This document shows positions 45,526 through 55,523 of a stretch of DNA of 64,000 nucleotides, piece by piece. Source of the stretch: a virus; the IMG/VR virus record IMGVR_UViG_3300029286_003689, positions 11,019 to 75,018 of that record. One strand, 5' to 3'. A model generated the notes under the pieces. It had not been told where the DNA came from and did not search any database. It saw only the letters and a program-made list of their open reading frames with translations. The translations under genes were made by a program, and so were the position numbers. Each line of letters begins with the position of its first letter. Positions within the stretch are counted from its first letter, which is position 1.

Positions 45526-46185
45526 CTAACCAATTACTAACTTATACGCCTTCTCGTAGCTGACGTTTGCCGGTAATTTAATCCCTTTTTCCTTGGCTAT
45601 CTTCTTTAATTCGGCCAAGGTAAAGGTCTTGTCGGCCCCGGGTCCTGCCCCCGTGTTATCCTGCTCTTCTTTAAGAGCCTCTTCGTTTGTTTGCGGCTTG
45701 GGGCTTGCGGCCTTCTTTTCGCTACCGTCCACAAACAAATTAGGAAGTTCGACGAAGTTATATCCTTTCGCCTCTTTATCAATATCTTTTCCGAGTATGT
45801 GTTTAGAATACTCAATGTAGGCGATTTCCCGGGCGTGGCGTAAATCAGAAGCCCTATACGCCGGAATAAGCCTTAAATTCTTATAGCAGGCCAATTCCTG
45901 TAATTCTTCCCAGCTTAAGTCTTTGATGTTCTTGCCGACGACAGAAGGTTTTCCTTCTATCTTTTCGACTTTATCTATATACACGCTTCTAAACATCTCA
46001 AACCTCTGCGTAAATCTCTTGTCGCCCTTAATAGCGATCTGCAACAACCTATTCTGTACGTTAGGCATGATGAAATCTTCGTGGCACTCAGGCATAATGA
46101 CTATCACGCCTTCAAAATCCACAATGTCGCTTCCCAGTTTACCGCTTGTCCTGTAATCTCCGCTTATCGTAACTTTTAGTAACAT
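45526..46185 (-). CDS. Hypothetical head-operon protein
   Basis: C-terminal LAELKKIAKEKGI (Rho-N/HeH-like) motif. Confidence 0.6.
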   Translation of the reverse strand: MLLKVTISGDYRTSGKLGSDIVDFEGVIVIMPECHEDFIMPNVQNRLLQIAIKGDKRFTQRFEMFRSVYIDKVEKIEGKPSVVGKNIKDLSWEELQELACYKNLRLIPAYRASDLRHAREIAYIEYSKHILGKDIDKEAKGYNFVELPNLFVDGSEKKAASPKPQTNEEALKEEQDNTGAGPGADKTFTLAELKKIAKEKGIKLPANVSYEKAYKLVIG

Positions 46186-46196
46186 TTTCGCCCCCT

Positions 46197-47075
46197 TTAT
46201 TTTTTGTATGTTGCTTCTAATTTATCAATTAACTTCTGCTTTTCTTCCGCTGTATGAGAACGCTGGCTAAGAGCCGCGATCTCCGCCCTTATTGATTTCC
46301 TGGTCGCTTCAACATCTCCGCCACCACCTGCGCCACCCCCTCCACCTCCGCCATCAATTTCTGGTTTAATTCCGTAGGCTTTGATGAAGTTGTTTGTAAA
46401 GCGATAGATAATCCCCAAATGTTCATTAGGTATTTTCTCTAAAGCTTTGCGATCCTCGGCTGAAAGATGTTTTGCCAAAACATTAGCTGTCTCTCCGGCG
46501 GTTTTTTGATAATCTGCACCGTCTTTACCAAAAGACTCTTTCAAGATTGCTTCCATTCCGTCCTTTGAGTATCTTTGCGCGACAACGCTCTTCTCAAGTT
46601 CCGAGTAGGAAGCTATAATCTTATTACCGATTGCCTTTGGAGTTCCGTTGTCGTAAAGCATTTTCGCTATCTTACCGGCAATCTCTTTATTTGCTCCCTC
46701 CGGAAACTTATAGTCCTCTATCTTGGTATCTCCGCGAAGAGTAGCGAGGTAAGCATTGATTACTTCGGGAGTATCTTTCTCAAAATCCGGCACGACCATC
46801 TTTTTACCGGCCAAGCCATCTAAGTTATCAATGAGCTTAAAGACATCTTCCTGCGTCTTTATTTTCTTAGCCCAACCTTTTTCGGCGTATTCCTTGGGAA
46901 CGCTGAATTGCTGCGCCCCTTGACCTGCGCCTTCACCGGACCCGGCACCGCCTTGTCCTTCACCAGCGCCAGCCCCCGCGCCTGCTCCGCTGCCTGTTCC
47001 TGCACCGGCCGCACCGGCGCCTGCTCCGGCTCCTGTCCCTGCTCCCGTGCCTTCTTGTTTCTGTTCCTCTGCCAT
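46197..47075 (-). CDS. Scaffolding protein
   Basis: Gly/Ala low-complexity N-terminus; position after Bbp19-like gene. Confidence 0.65.
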   Translation of the reverse strand: MAEEQKQEGTGAGTGAGAGAGAAGAGTGSGAGAGAGAGEGQGGAGSGEGAGQGAQQFSVPKEYAEKGWAKKIKTQEDVFKLIDNLDGLAGKKMVVPDFEKDTPEVINAYLATLRGDTKIEDYKFPEGANKEIAGKIAKMLYDNGTPKAIGNKIIASYSELEKSVVAQRYSKDGMEAILKESFGKDGADYQKTAGETANVLAKHLSAEDRKALEKIPNEHLGIIYRFTNNFIKAYGIKPEIDGGGGGGGAGGGGDVEATRKSIRAEIAALSQRSHTAEEKQKLIDKLEATYKK

Positions 47076-47389
47076 TATTCGCCCCTTTCTATTGCGGATA
47101 AGACATCCTTATCCAATATTTTCCGGAAAAATAAGATATATAAAGTTTCCATCCCCTTTTGAAATGCTAACTGCTGACCTTCTAATGCCTGCGGATTATG
47201 AGCAAAATCCGGCGCTTCAAATATCCCCGAAGTCTGATATATTGCCCGCGCAAAGAACTTTCCGTCATCCGTAGAGAATAGACGGTTAGCGCAATCCTTT
47301 AACATCTTAACCTGCTCGGCTCTCTTTGCGTCCAACTCGGCCTTTAACTTAGCCGCGTCTTGAAGCTTGTCTACTGTGCTTTTTTCCAT
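47075..47389 (-). CDS. Bbp19-like protein
   Basis: LFSTDDGK...AFQKG; follows portal. Confidence 0.6.
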   Translation of the reverse strand: MEKSTVDKLQDAAKLKAELDAKRAEQVKMLKDCANRLFSTDDGKFFARAIYQTSGIFEAPDFAHNPQALEGQQLAFQKGMETLYILFFRKILDKDVLSAIERGE

Positions 47390-49188
47390 TACCTTCCCTC
47401 CTCCGTTTTTGTTGCTGCCACGTCTTTTTTCGCCCCCGCTATATTTCCGGCTATCTCCGAGCCGGTCTTACCAGCCTGTAACTGTAACATCTGTGCCTGC
47501 ATTTCGGCCTGTGCCGCAATCTTGGTTTTAAAATCATCCGCACTTATTACAAAGCTGCCTTGGATATTTAATGCCTCTTTAAAATCAGTTAAGAACTTAT
47601 ACCAATCAATAGCCTCAATGATGGCCGGATAAGCCCCTGCGAGAGCCATAATGATATTTAACATCTGCATAAGACCTTCAAGCTTCTCTGTCCGGGTCAA
47701 TTTCTCAAGCTCATTATTGAATTTAATCTTATACCAAGGCTTACCCGCTGCTTTACACGCTAAAACAGCGTCGGGAATAATCATCTCTGTCTTGCCACGA
47801 TTTAAGAAGGCTTTGACTATATCAGGGAATAGACGAGGATTAACCCCTAATACTCCCATATCCTCAAGGATTGATACGCTTCTATGAGTTAGAGGCTCTA
47901 ACATCTCCGTCTTTTGCTGCTGTATCATACCGGCCAAAGACCTGCCTCTTATCGCATACCGTTGCAACATTTCGGTTGCCGTCTTGCTCGATTTATTGTT
48001 GAAGTCAAGTAAAACGTCAATTTTAAATGCTGTGGTAATTTTTTCATTAAGATATGGGATAAGGAATTTAACTAAGTTAGACGGATCGCCTACGTCGTGC
48101 AATGGGAATACTGGTGATCTTTCCCCTGCGGCGAAGGCTTGATTAAATACAGTCAATCCCTCGGCCGATGTGTCCAAGACGTTATCGCCGAGAATAGCAT
48201 TACCCCACATACCAAGAGCTGGACTTGCCTGTTTCTCCATAATCTCAATGACCTTGCCAACCATATAGTTTACGCTGCGGATGGTGGCAATAAGCATTGT
48301 CCCGCTGGACCGGCCGTAAACCTCACCCCTAATCTTGATTGCGCGGCACACTGAAACAGGAAGCCTCTTATAATCTTCTTCGTAGAATGGCTGATCGGCG
48401 TTATCATCCAAGAACCATACGCCTCTGTATTTTGCCCCGCGCTTACCTTCCAATTTCGGGTCAAAATCTTCTCTGGGGATAATTCCGTGAACGATATTGA
48501 ATTCTTGGTTGAAGTCTTTCTTCTTATAGGCGTCTTGGATTGCTTTAGGAAGCTTCTCCAGCATTTCTTTATTTATCTTCCCCTTATCCTTGGCAAACTC
48601 ATTGACTATACGATTGGTGCGCCAGCGATACGGAACAAAGATAATATCAACCAACCCGTTCTTGCCTTCGTCAATGATGAGGTTGTCTACGCCGTAATTG
48701 CGGAATATTAGCGCGTTCTCTTCAATTCCCTGCTTAAATGAACTATTAGGGAAAGCCCCGATACCGCTTGTGCCAAATCCGGATTGGTCGTAAAAATACG
48801 CCTTCATAGCCGTATTAAGGCCAGCCTGGCTATGGTTCATGTGGGACAATAGCTTCCTGGTGATATACTGAAAATACTTTGATACCTTTGAGGCGTCGGC
48901 TAATTCCAAGACATCGTCGCTTGGCTCTAAGGTTAACGCTCCGTCTCCGGTCCCCCAACAAACACCCTGCAAATAGTCCCCTGCTTGGTTAACAGAGATA
49001 GCGGATGTGGGGTCGTCTATACACTCATCCCTTTGCTCGCCTTGGGTAAGCTTGCCCTGCGTAGCGTAAGTAGGCTCAACGCCAATTCCGATAATCTTGG
49101 AAATGGAATTCCAAAGAGCGACATTGCGCTCGCGATTAGTCTTTAATGTCGTGTATAAATCTTTTATGTTTTGGAAGTCTTTTTTCAT
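47389..49188 (-). CDS. Portal (head-tail connector)
   Basis: FGTS, GEVYGRS, TATE; 599 aa. Confidence 0.88.
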   Translation of the reverse strand: MKKDFQNIKDLYTTLKTNRERNVALWNSISKIIGIGVEPTYATQGKLTQGEQRDECIDDPTSAISVNQAGDYLQGVCWGTGDGALTLEPSDDVLELADASKVSKYFQYITRKLLSHMNHSQAGLNTAMKAYFYDQSGFGTSGIGAFPNSSFKQGIEENALIFRNYGVDNLIIDEGKNGLVDIIFVPYRWRTNRIVNEFAKDKGKINKEMLEKLPKAIQDAYKKKDFNQEFNIVHGIIPREDFDPKLEGKRGAKYRGVWFLDDNADQPFYEEDYKRLPVSVCRAIKIRGEVYGRSSGTMLIATIRSVNYMVGKVIEIMEKQASPALGMWGNAILGDNVLDTSAEGLTVFNQAFAAGERSPVFPLHDVGDPSNLVKFLIPYLNEKITTAFKIDVLLDFNNKSSKTATEMLQRYAIRGRSLAGMIQQQKTEMLEPLTHRSVSILEDMGVLGVNPRLFPDIVKAFLNRGKTEMIIPDAVLACKAAGKPWYKIKFNNELEKLTRTEKLEGLMQMLNIIMALAGAYPAIIEAIDWYKFLTDFKEALNIQGSFVISADDFKTKIAAQAEMQAQMLQLQAGKTGSEIAGNIAGAKKDVAATKTEEGR

Positions 49189-49431
49189 TTAGTTCCCCAG
49201 CAATGTATCCCTTTTTTTAACGTCGCCTGATAACAACTCGGCTCCGGAACTTCCGCCGCCGGTTTTATATAATGCGCTTCTTACGGCTTTGGCTTTCTTG
49301 GCTTCTGTTGCTACAGATGACTCTGCTTCGGATGTATCTGTGCCACCACCACCCCCGCTTGTTTCCTCTTCTTCCGGGAAGAAATAATCGCTAAAAGGCC
49401 ACGTCATTACTCTGCCAAAATCTTCACCCAT
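49189..49431 (-). CDS. Small virion protein
   Basis: Ends TLLGN; precedes portal. Confidence 0.6.
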   Translation of the reverse strand: MGEDFGRVMTWPFSDYFFPEEEETSGGGGGTDTSEAESSVATEAKKAKAVRSALYKTGGGSSGAELLSGDVKKRDTLLGN

Positions 49432-49804
49432 TTTTCCTTACCTCCTCGTATAATTGCTTTGGAGTTATGATCCACCATTTATTGATACCTAAGAAATCCT
49501 TGCATATTCCGACGCAGGTTCTAAAGAACTTAAAACGCGGGTTAATCAACTCAACCTCACGCGCCATATATTCAGCGACAATATAACCGGCTTGAACTGC
49601 TTCTAAGGCCATATCGTTGGAATTTTTGGAGTAGTAATACATTCCTATCCCGCCAGTCGTCGGGTTAATCATAATGCTGGTATTCTCAACAGGCCCGGCA
49701 CACAGCAAGAAACAGTGGTTAAACTTCTTATGCAAAAACCAGTTCCACCACTTCGGCTTATTGATATTTTTAAAGACTACGTAGAATTTACGTCTATACT
49801 TCAC
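49424..49804 (-). CDS. Hypothetical protein (His/Cys pattern, possible permuted papain-like)
   Basis: F.HC...TCV...LGI....I.TP.QLY. Confidence 0.5.
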   Translation of the reverse strand: MKYRRKFYVVFKNINKPKWWNWFLHKKFNHCFLLCAGPVENTSIMINPTTGGIGMYYYSKNSNDMALEAVQAGYIVAEYMAREVELINPRFKFFRTCVGICKDFLGINKWWIITPKQLYEEVRKNG

Positions 49805-51147
49805 TTGTGCGCTCCTACTCTATGGTTAACGCGCTTTACCTGTTGCCCAGACTCTCCTACTGCAATCTTGCCTAAGAGATATTTAATACCGTACACGGCC
49901 ATCATAACGCTGTCGGCGTGGTCCGGACTTTCTATACCGTCGTTTCTCATCTCTGGCTTAGACTGGATATAAACCTTGCCGTTCTTTTGATACTTACGCT
50001 TAATGGTTTCAAGTTGTTTAATTACCTTCTCGTGTTTGCCTAAGATAAGCCATTCCTGGTCTGTAAAGTCTTTTAAAACAAGGTAGCCGTCTGCGCGCTG
50101 GTTACCGGCGTTAATCTGTAAGCTCTCTCCAGCTCCGTCAAAGCCTTGAATATCCTTAATTGACTTTGATAATGAAACATACATCGGGTATCCTAAACCG
50201 CCCTTGTCAACTATTGAGAGTGTCGGCTGCCATAGGCTCTTTAACGCTATGGTCTTGCCAACGCTTAAATCTGTGTCTCTGTCGCTCCAGGCGCGTTGAT
50301 CTACCAGTTCCCAATGAACATTGCTTTTACGCTGGAGTAATGAGGCAACACACATATCCCCGCCGCCACCGGAAAAATCAACACCCATTACGGATTGAGG
50401 AATAAATAAGTCTCCGAAGGGCTGTAAGGTCTTAGCGATATCCAGCTTGGCAAAGTTAAAAAGATAATCCTCTGCCTGGTCTAACGGCTCTCCCAGCCAG
50501 ATATGGTTATAATCAGCCTCGTTGTTTCGTTTGCACTCTTCGGATTCTACGATTAAGGCTTGGGGACATTTTGGGTTATCAGTATAATTTATTTTGATAT
50601 GAAGGCAGTCTGACCGGCCAGCGCAAAATACGTACACCGGGTCATTGCGGACAAACCTGTTCATCGTAAAGAATATTTTGGCGTTCTCTTTACGGATTGT
50701 CGGGATTAAAGCGTCAAGGGTTCTCTTGGTTATTGCTTGGGCCTCATCAATCCAGACAATATCAACGCCTTCCATACCCTGAATGTTGACAGCGCCTTGC
50801 TCGCGGAAGCCGCGGAAGTTAAAGGCCGTGCCGGTCTCGCGGTGAGTTATCTTGCTTGCCAATACTTCAAAATAGAGAAAGTTCTTGCCGATTAACTCGG
50901 ATAAAAGGGTATAGACTGATTCCTGAATAGTATTTTGAATTTCACGGCCGCATACGATACGCAAGCGCGATAGCTTCTCAGCCAGGTATAATAAGAGCCT
51001 TCCGACTGTCTGGGATTTGGCGCCGCCACGGCCACCCTCAATCAAAAAATACCGATACTTGTTGATGTCCGTGATTAACGGCATCAGCTTAGACGGTATT
51101 TCTGATAAGATTTCCGGAAGCTCTAACTCCATAACAGCGCTATCCAA
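49801..51147 (-). CDS. terL: Terminase large subunit (PBSX-type)
   Basis: GGRGGAKS, CGREIQNTI.ESV, WIDEAQ, Y.HIWLG, SPD.AD. Confidence 0.92.
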   Translation of the reverse strand: MDSAVMELELPEILSEIPSKLMPLITDINKYRYFLIEGGRGGAKSQTVGRLLLYLAEKLSRLRIVCGREIQNTIQESVYTLLSELIGKNFLYFEVLASKITHRETGTAFNFRGFREQGAVNIQGMEGVDIVWIDEAQAITKRTLDALIPTIRKENAKIFFTMNRFVRNDPVYVFCAGRSDCLHIKINYTDNPKCPQALIVESEECKRNNEADYNHIWLGEPLDQAEDYLFNFAKLDIAKTLQPFGDLFIPQSVMGVDFSGGGGDMCVASLLQRKSNVHWELVDQRAWSDRDTDLSVGKTIALKSLWQPTLSIVDKGGLGYPMYVSLSKSIKDIQGFDGAGESLQINAGNQRADGYLVLKDFTDQEWLILGKHEKVIKQLETIKRKYQKNGKVYIQSKPEMRNDGIESPDHADSVMMAVYGIKYLLGKIAVGESGQQVKRVNHRVGAHK

Positions 51148-51601
51148 TTTTAATCTCCAAGTTCTTACCAGCTATTTTAATAGCGGGCATTTGGGTAAAT
51201 TTAACTTCACCGCTTAATTCAGTCTCAATCTTATCAACCCAACCAAAGTTCTTTAAGGCGAAGATTGCGCCGGTGCAATTTGAACCGGACAATAATCTCT
51301 CGTAATAAACAGACATTAAGGCTCGCGCTCTTTTTATAGTGTGAGTAAACTCTGGCTTTACTTCATACTCATAGAAGCTGTGTCTATCCGCAAAACCACA
51401 AAATAAAGCTAACCCTGAAATAGTAGGAGAATATTTTCTTAGAGTAGACTTACTCTTTTTTGTTCTCATTAAGCCAACGTCAACATAAGCTTCGGTATTA
51501 AAATAGTCTCGGATTTTGTTTTCTAACTCCGCAGCAGATTTATAAAATGGCGGGCGGCCTTCGGGATTTTTTTTCTTTGGGATTATCTTTTTCTTTTTCA
51601 T
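51140..51601 (-). CDS. terS: Terminase small subunit (P22 gp3-like)
   Basis: GRP, TISGLA...GF, GAIFALKN.GW.D. Confidence 0.85.
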   Translation of the reverse strand: MKKKKIIPKKKNPEGRPPFYKSAAELENKIRDYFNTEAYVDVGLMRTKKSKSTLRKYSPTISGLALFCGFADRHSFYEYEVKPEFTHTIKRARALMSVYYERLLSGSNCTGAIFALKNFGWVDKIETELSGEVKFTQMPAIKIAGKNLEIKIG

Positions 51602-51619
51602 CGTCGAGCTTCCAATAAA

Positions 51620-51656
51620 AAAGCCAGTTTCCGCCGTTCGAACGGTAACTGGCTTT
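51620..51656 (-). terminator. Bulged intrinsic terminator in leader of terS
   Basis: AAAGCCAGTT-A-CCGTTCGAACGG-CGGA-AACTGGCTTTTTT. Confidence 0.7.
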
Positions 51657-51952
51657 ATAATCTATTTAGACAGGGAGCGACCCTATCTTGCCTACATTAT
51701 CGCACTACCCTCTATTATAAAGCAAGGGATACTCACGAGGACTTGGGAACGAAATCATCTTATAGCCAACTCCGTAGCCTGTTGCTTAACTCTCGTAATA
51801 GAAACTGATACTCTCCGGTCTGTCTTTCGTAAAAATTCATCGAAATATTTTCTCCCCTGTTCTAATTTTCTTTTATGCTGACATTCTGGCACTCCGCAAG
51901 TTTCTTTTATTTTTGGTCGTTTGTTACAGTAGGGACATAACCCTGCCATCAA

Positions 51953-52381
51953 TCATCTCCTTTCGCTTGAGACTAAATCTGTTATTAGTTTACCGTCCAT
52001 ATGGTCTATCTCGTGCTGAATAAGGCGCGCTTCAAATCCCGAAGCTTTTTTCTTTTTACCATTGCTTATATACTCAATCATCCAAGCTCGCTCAACATCG
52101 CGCCACACATTGGGGATTGATAAGCAACCTTCCTTCTGTTTATCTGTGCCCCATCTGTTTATAATTACCGGATTAAATAAAACACGCTCTTTGCCATTAT
52201 GAATATACCAGGCAAACCTTAAGGGTATGCCGATTTGAATTGCTGCCAATCCTGCGCCTTTAGTCCATGCTGTCTTATTAGCCTCTCTCAACTTCCTGAT
52301 TAAATCTAATTCTGCGACCTCTTCCTGTGTCGTTTTCTTAGAGACCTGATGAAGTATCTCTTTGTCTGTTATTATTTCCAT
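51953..52381 (-). CDS. def: Peptide deformylase (short, phage type)
   Basis: GAGLAAIQIG, EGCLS, QHEIDHMDG. Confidence 0.93.
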   Translation of the reverse strand: MEIITDKEILHQVSKKTTQEEVAELDLIRKLREANKTAWTKGAGLAAIQIGIPLRFAWYIHNGKERVLFNPVIINRWGTDKQKEGCLSIPNVWRDVERAWMIEYISNGKKKKASGFEARLIQHEIDHMDGKLITDLVSSERR

Positions 52382-52393
52382 CTCCGTCCTCCC

Positions 52394-52612
52394 CTAATTG
52401 CTTCTTTTTACCTTATCGCTTCCAATATAAATGCCTCCGCCCTGAGACTTCCGGTAAACCTTCTGTAATGCGTCGCCTTGTTTCTGCGATAGATTTCTTC
52501 CCTTATCAACCTGTTCTTCTATGGAGATCATAAAGTCCATCTCCCACGCGTTCAGGGTGTAGTCTGAATCCTTAATTTTCTCAATAAGTATTTTGGCGTC
52601 ATTGTTTAACAT
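52394..52612 (-). CDS. Hypothetical protein
   Basis: Homologue of 13160-13399. Confidence 0.55.
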   Translation of the reverse strand: MLNNDAKILIEKIKDSDYTLNAWEMDFMISIEEQVDKGRNLSQKQGDALQKVYRKSQGGGIYIGSDKVKRSN

Positions 52613-53033
52613 TGACCGTCTCCTGTAAAATTATTTTACCTGTCCTTAAGTTCATCGTTCCTATCTTGCCGCAACGTTCACATTTATATTCATTGAAGAA
52701 ATGATGCTCTCCGAAAGCAAGATGTGTATAGACTACCCACCTATGCCAACCCAAAAGACAACGAATAAAAATCATCCCTTGCCCTCCTCTACCTTAAAAA
52801 TTCTGCCACTGCCGTCAAACTCAATCTTAAGCGTCTTTCCTTCTTGCTTAAGATACTCCGCTACTTCCGGCCAAAGCACGAAGCGTAAGTCTTTCGGCAC
52901 CCCCTCTATCACCAACTTAGCCATTATTTATCTCCTTTCGGTTTTTATTGTTCCCTGTAATCGTCGCACTCAAAAACTTGAGTGTCTACTTCCTGGCAGA
53001 ACTTCTTCAAAATACAGGTATCACACAGACTTT

Positions 53034-53693
53034 TCATTTCTTCCCTTCCGGCCATTGCTGTATCAACTCCGAAGGCCAATACGGTTTAAGGTTATTCTTC
53101 ATAAAAAGAGGCAGCCTTAATCTCTTGCTCGTTTGGATTATCTCTAAGAGCGCGCCACTATCCGGCTTGTGCTCTCTTGCCTGCGCCCCGGTCATTGCTC
53201 CTACGATAAGCCAACAGCCTAAAAATAAATAGTCTGTATAGCCGTCCATCATTGGCTCGTAGGAAATAAAAATCTTGCTGCTGTTATTAGTCCTGTGGAT
53301 TAGTTGAGCTATGCGCCACTCGTCTCCGTATTTGGTGTACGTAACTCCGATCCAGCAGTTCTCCGGGACCCGGGCAAAATCTTTAATCTTGTGTGGTTGC
53401 TTCGTGAGAAAAAAAAAGGTATGCTCTGGACAGGCCCGGATAATGTTATATACCTCATCCCGCCAGATTTGATACGTGCCTTTGCCCCAGAAGTCGGCTA
53501 CGCTGCAAACGAATATCCGGGAAGGCTTCTCAAGTCTTACGGGTTGCATGAGCCGGTCATAGTGAAACTCCGGCTTAAAGGACTTCTTAAAACGCGCGTA
53601 AATCCTCTGCGCGTAGCAATAAGAACAGCCCTTAAGGCAGCCGGTTATTGGATTCCAAGTATAATCGCACCACTCTATCTTGGTCTTGTTCAT
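53034..53693 (-). CDS. DUF5131 (gp37/gp68) radical-SAM-like protein
   Basis: TKIEWCD.TWNP.TGC..GC.YCYA, FVCS.AD, LTK. Confidence 0.88.
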   Translation of the reverse strand: MNKTKIEWCDYTWNPITGCLKGCSYCYAQRIYARFKKSFKPEFHYDRLMQPVRLEKPSRIFVCSVADFWGKGTYQIWRDEVYNIIRACPEHTFFFLTKQPHKIKDFARVPENCWIGVTYTKYGDEWRIAQLIHRTNNSSKIFISYEPMMDGYTDYLFLGCWLIVGAMTGAQAREHKPDSGALLEIIQTSKRLRLPLFMKNNLKPYWPSELIQQWPEGKK

Positions 53694-53699
53694 CTTCTT

Positions 53700-54593
53700 T
53701 TACTCCGTTCTGACAAAAGGTAACTCTTTACATTGAAAACCTGCGGCTTGCTTATGTCCTCCACCTCCATATATTTTTGCGATTGCCGAAACGTCAATAT
53801 CTTTTTTGGTATACAGGGACACTGTCCACTGTTTACCGTCAAAGACAAAGGTTATCATCAAAGCATAATCTTCTTTGACGCTATCGAATAACTGACTTGA
53901 TACCGAACCGGCATTACAGCAGATTGTCTTATATCCGTGAAAATATGCCTCAAAAGACCACGCTTTAATAAGAGATGCGTACTGATTGTCTCGGTATTGT
54001 AAAGCGATACCACCCATTTCAAGTAAACTCGTTAAACCATCCATAATAAAACCTGCTCCATCTATTTCCTGTCCTTCTCTTTTTGTGTTTAGCCAACCTC
54101 TCCATTTATCACTTTCGGGAGAAGTATTAAATAATCTTATGCCGGTTTGTAGTTTGTTAAGGTCATTGCCATACTTAGAGAAGTCCCAAATATCATAAGC
54201 GCCCAACATATCAACAATACGAGGCAACTCTATATTCGGATAAAAATATTGCCAAGTAAGAACGCAACCGGCCACTCCGTCTTTGCGTATACCACTAACA
54301 TCTATGTTGCCGTGCTTTTCAATCGCTGTTTTATGATGGTCTATCCAAATAACCTTGTCAGTTATTGAGAGTAGCCTCTGGAATTCACCCTCTTTCTGTA
54401 AAGAAAAGTCAACGATAACAACCGTCTCGTTTGGGGTGATCTTCTCAAAAGGGAACGCATCTTTATAGTCAATAGAGATAAACTCGCAAGACTCGCCAAT
54501 CTCCTTTGTGTAGTCCCTGTCTAATTTAAAAAACTTATAGACTATTGCCCCCGCACACTTACCGTCCATGTCCCTGTGGTAAAAACATTTCAT
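53700..54593 (-). CDS. DHH/DHHA1 phosphoesterase
   Basis: H.D.DG, VDFS, IDHH, GGGGH..AAG. Confidence 0.9.
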   Translation of the reverse strand: MKCFYHRDMDGKCAGAIVYKFFKLDRDYTKEIGESCEFISIDYKDAFPFEKITPNETVVIVDFSLQKEGEFQRLLSITDKVIWIDHHKTAIEKHGNIDVSGIRKDGVAGCVLTWQYFYPNIELPRIVDMLGAYDIWDFSKYGNDLNKLQTGIRLFNTSPESDKWRGWLNTKREGQEIDGAGFIMDGLTSLLEMGGIALQYRDNQYASLIKAWSFEAYFHGYKTICCNAGSVSSQLFDSVKEDYALMITFVFDGKQWTVSLYTKKDIDVSAIAKIYGGGGHKQAAGFQCKELPFVRTE

Positions 54594-54796
54594 TTGTTTA
54601 CCCCTTTCTTCTCTGGTTGTTTTCCGGTAACTTTTTTATAAACTGGTGGGAATATGCTTCCCGGTATAAAGCAATCATCCCTCTCTATCCGCTCACATCT
54701 TTCGCAATAGCGAGTAACTTGATAGCTTAAAAAGGGAAACCAAGAAATTGATCTATACTTCCACCTATGCAGACCAATCTTGCAGAGAAAATTCAT
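54590..54796 (-). CDS. DUF1660-like small protein
   Basis: LCKIGLHRWKY...RYCERC. Confidence 0.6.
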   Translation of the reverse strand: MNFLCKIGLHRWKYRSISWFPFLSYQVTRYCERCERIERDDCFIPGSIFPPVYKKVTGKQPEKKGVNK

Positions 54797-55059
54797 TTAT
54801 TATCTTCCTCCGCCCTTTCATAAGTCGTCTCAAAGATGTCTGGCTTACAAGGATAAAATTCACCTTTGACGCCCTTGATAATATAGTCGCCTCTTTGAGC
54901 AACCATATTCCCTTCCAGAGTAGGAATAGATAAAGGCCAGGAATTCTCTCCGCCATACCCCATATCAATTACTGACGGACAAAATTCTTGTATTTCCTTA
55001 AAATTCTCTCCTGTCCACTGGACTGCCTCGATTATTACTGGCTTCTTTCTAAATTTCAT
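54793..55059 (-). CDS. Conserved phage protein
   Basis: KFRKKPV.IEA.QW...TLEG...GDYII.G..GEFYPCKPDIF..TY. Confidence 0.75.
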   Translation of the reverse strand: MKFRKKPVIIEAVQWTGENFKEIQEFCPSVIDMGYGGENSWPLSIPTLEGNMVAQRGDYIIKGVKGEFYPCKPDIFETTYERAEEDNK

Positions 55060-55060
55060 C

Positions 55061-55510
55061 TTACCCCTCCTTCAATAACTCCGAATTCTCATAGATATTG
55101 CCGATAACTTCAAAAACATAATCAGAATCCATCGCAAAATCTAATGTCCATTCCTCCCAGTCGCCAAATTCCCCTCGTATAACCCCGAAATCTCCTACTT
55201 GGGTTATTTGTACCTCTTGAGGGAAGCTTTCCTTATCATCCTCCCCTACCACCATATCGTCTGCGTGGCAAAATCTTAAGATATCTCCCTCGTAAATCTC
55301 TCGGCCGTTTCTATCCTTCCGGCCAAGATAGAAAAGAGGGGTTAGTTTTTTATAAGCCGCCTCCGGTTTATGTGGGGCTGTCATTGGACCATAAACCATA
55401 ACCTGCCCCGCCTGGGTAAGCAGAAACCAAGAAGCTGCCTCTTCCATACACTTTTCTATTTGACCGTTAATTTCAAATTCACACCATACTCTAAACTTTG
55501 CGTCGCGCAT
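55061..55510 (-). CDS. YopX family protein
   Basis: KFR.W, G.KD.NG.EIYEGDI, EVIGNIYEN. Confidence 0.85.
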   Translation of the reverse strand: MRDAKFRVWCEFEINGQIEKCMEEAASWFLLTQAGQVMVYGPMTAPHKPEAAYKKLTPLFYLGRKDRNGREIYEGDILRFCHADDMVVGEDDKESFPQEVQITQVGDFGVIRGEFGDWEEWTLDFAMDSDYVFEVIGNIYENSELLKEG

Positions 55511-55523
55511 CTTATTCCTCCTC

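Noticed and set aside
46920-47055. GC-rich tandem repeats as a mobile or regulatory element
   Set aside because: They encode the Gly/Ala low-complexity N-terminus of the scaffold protein.
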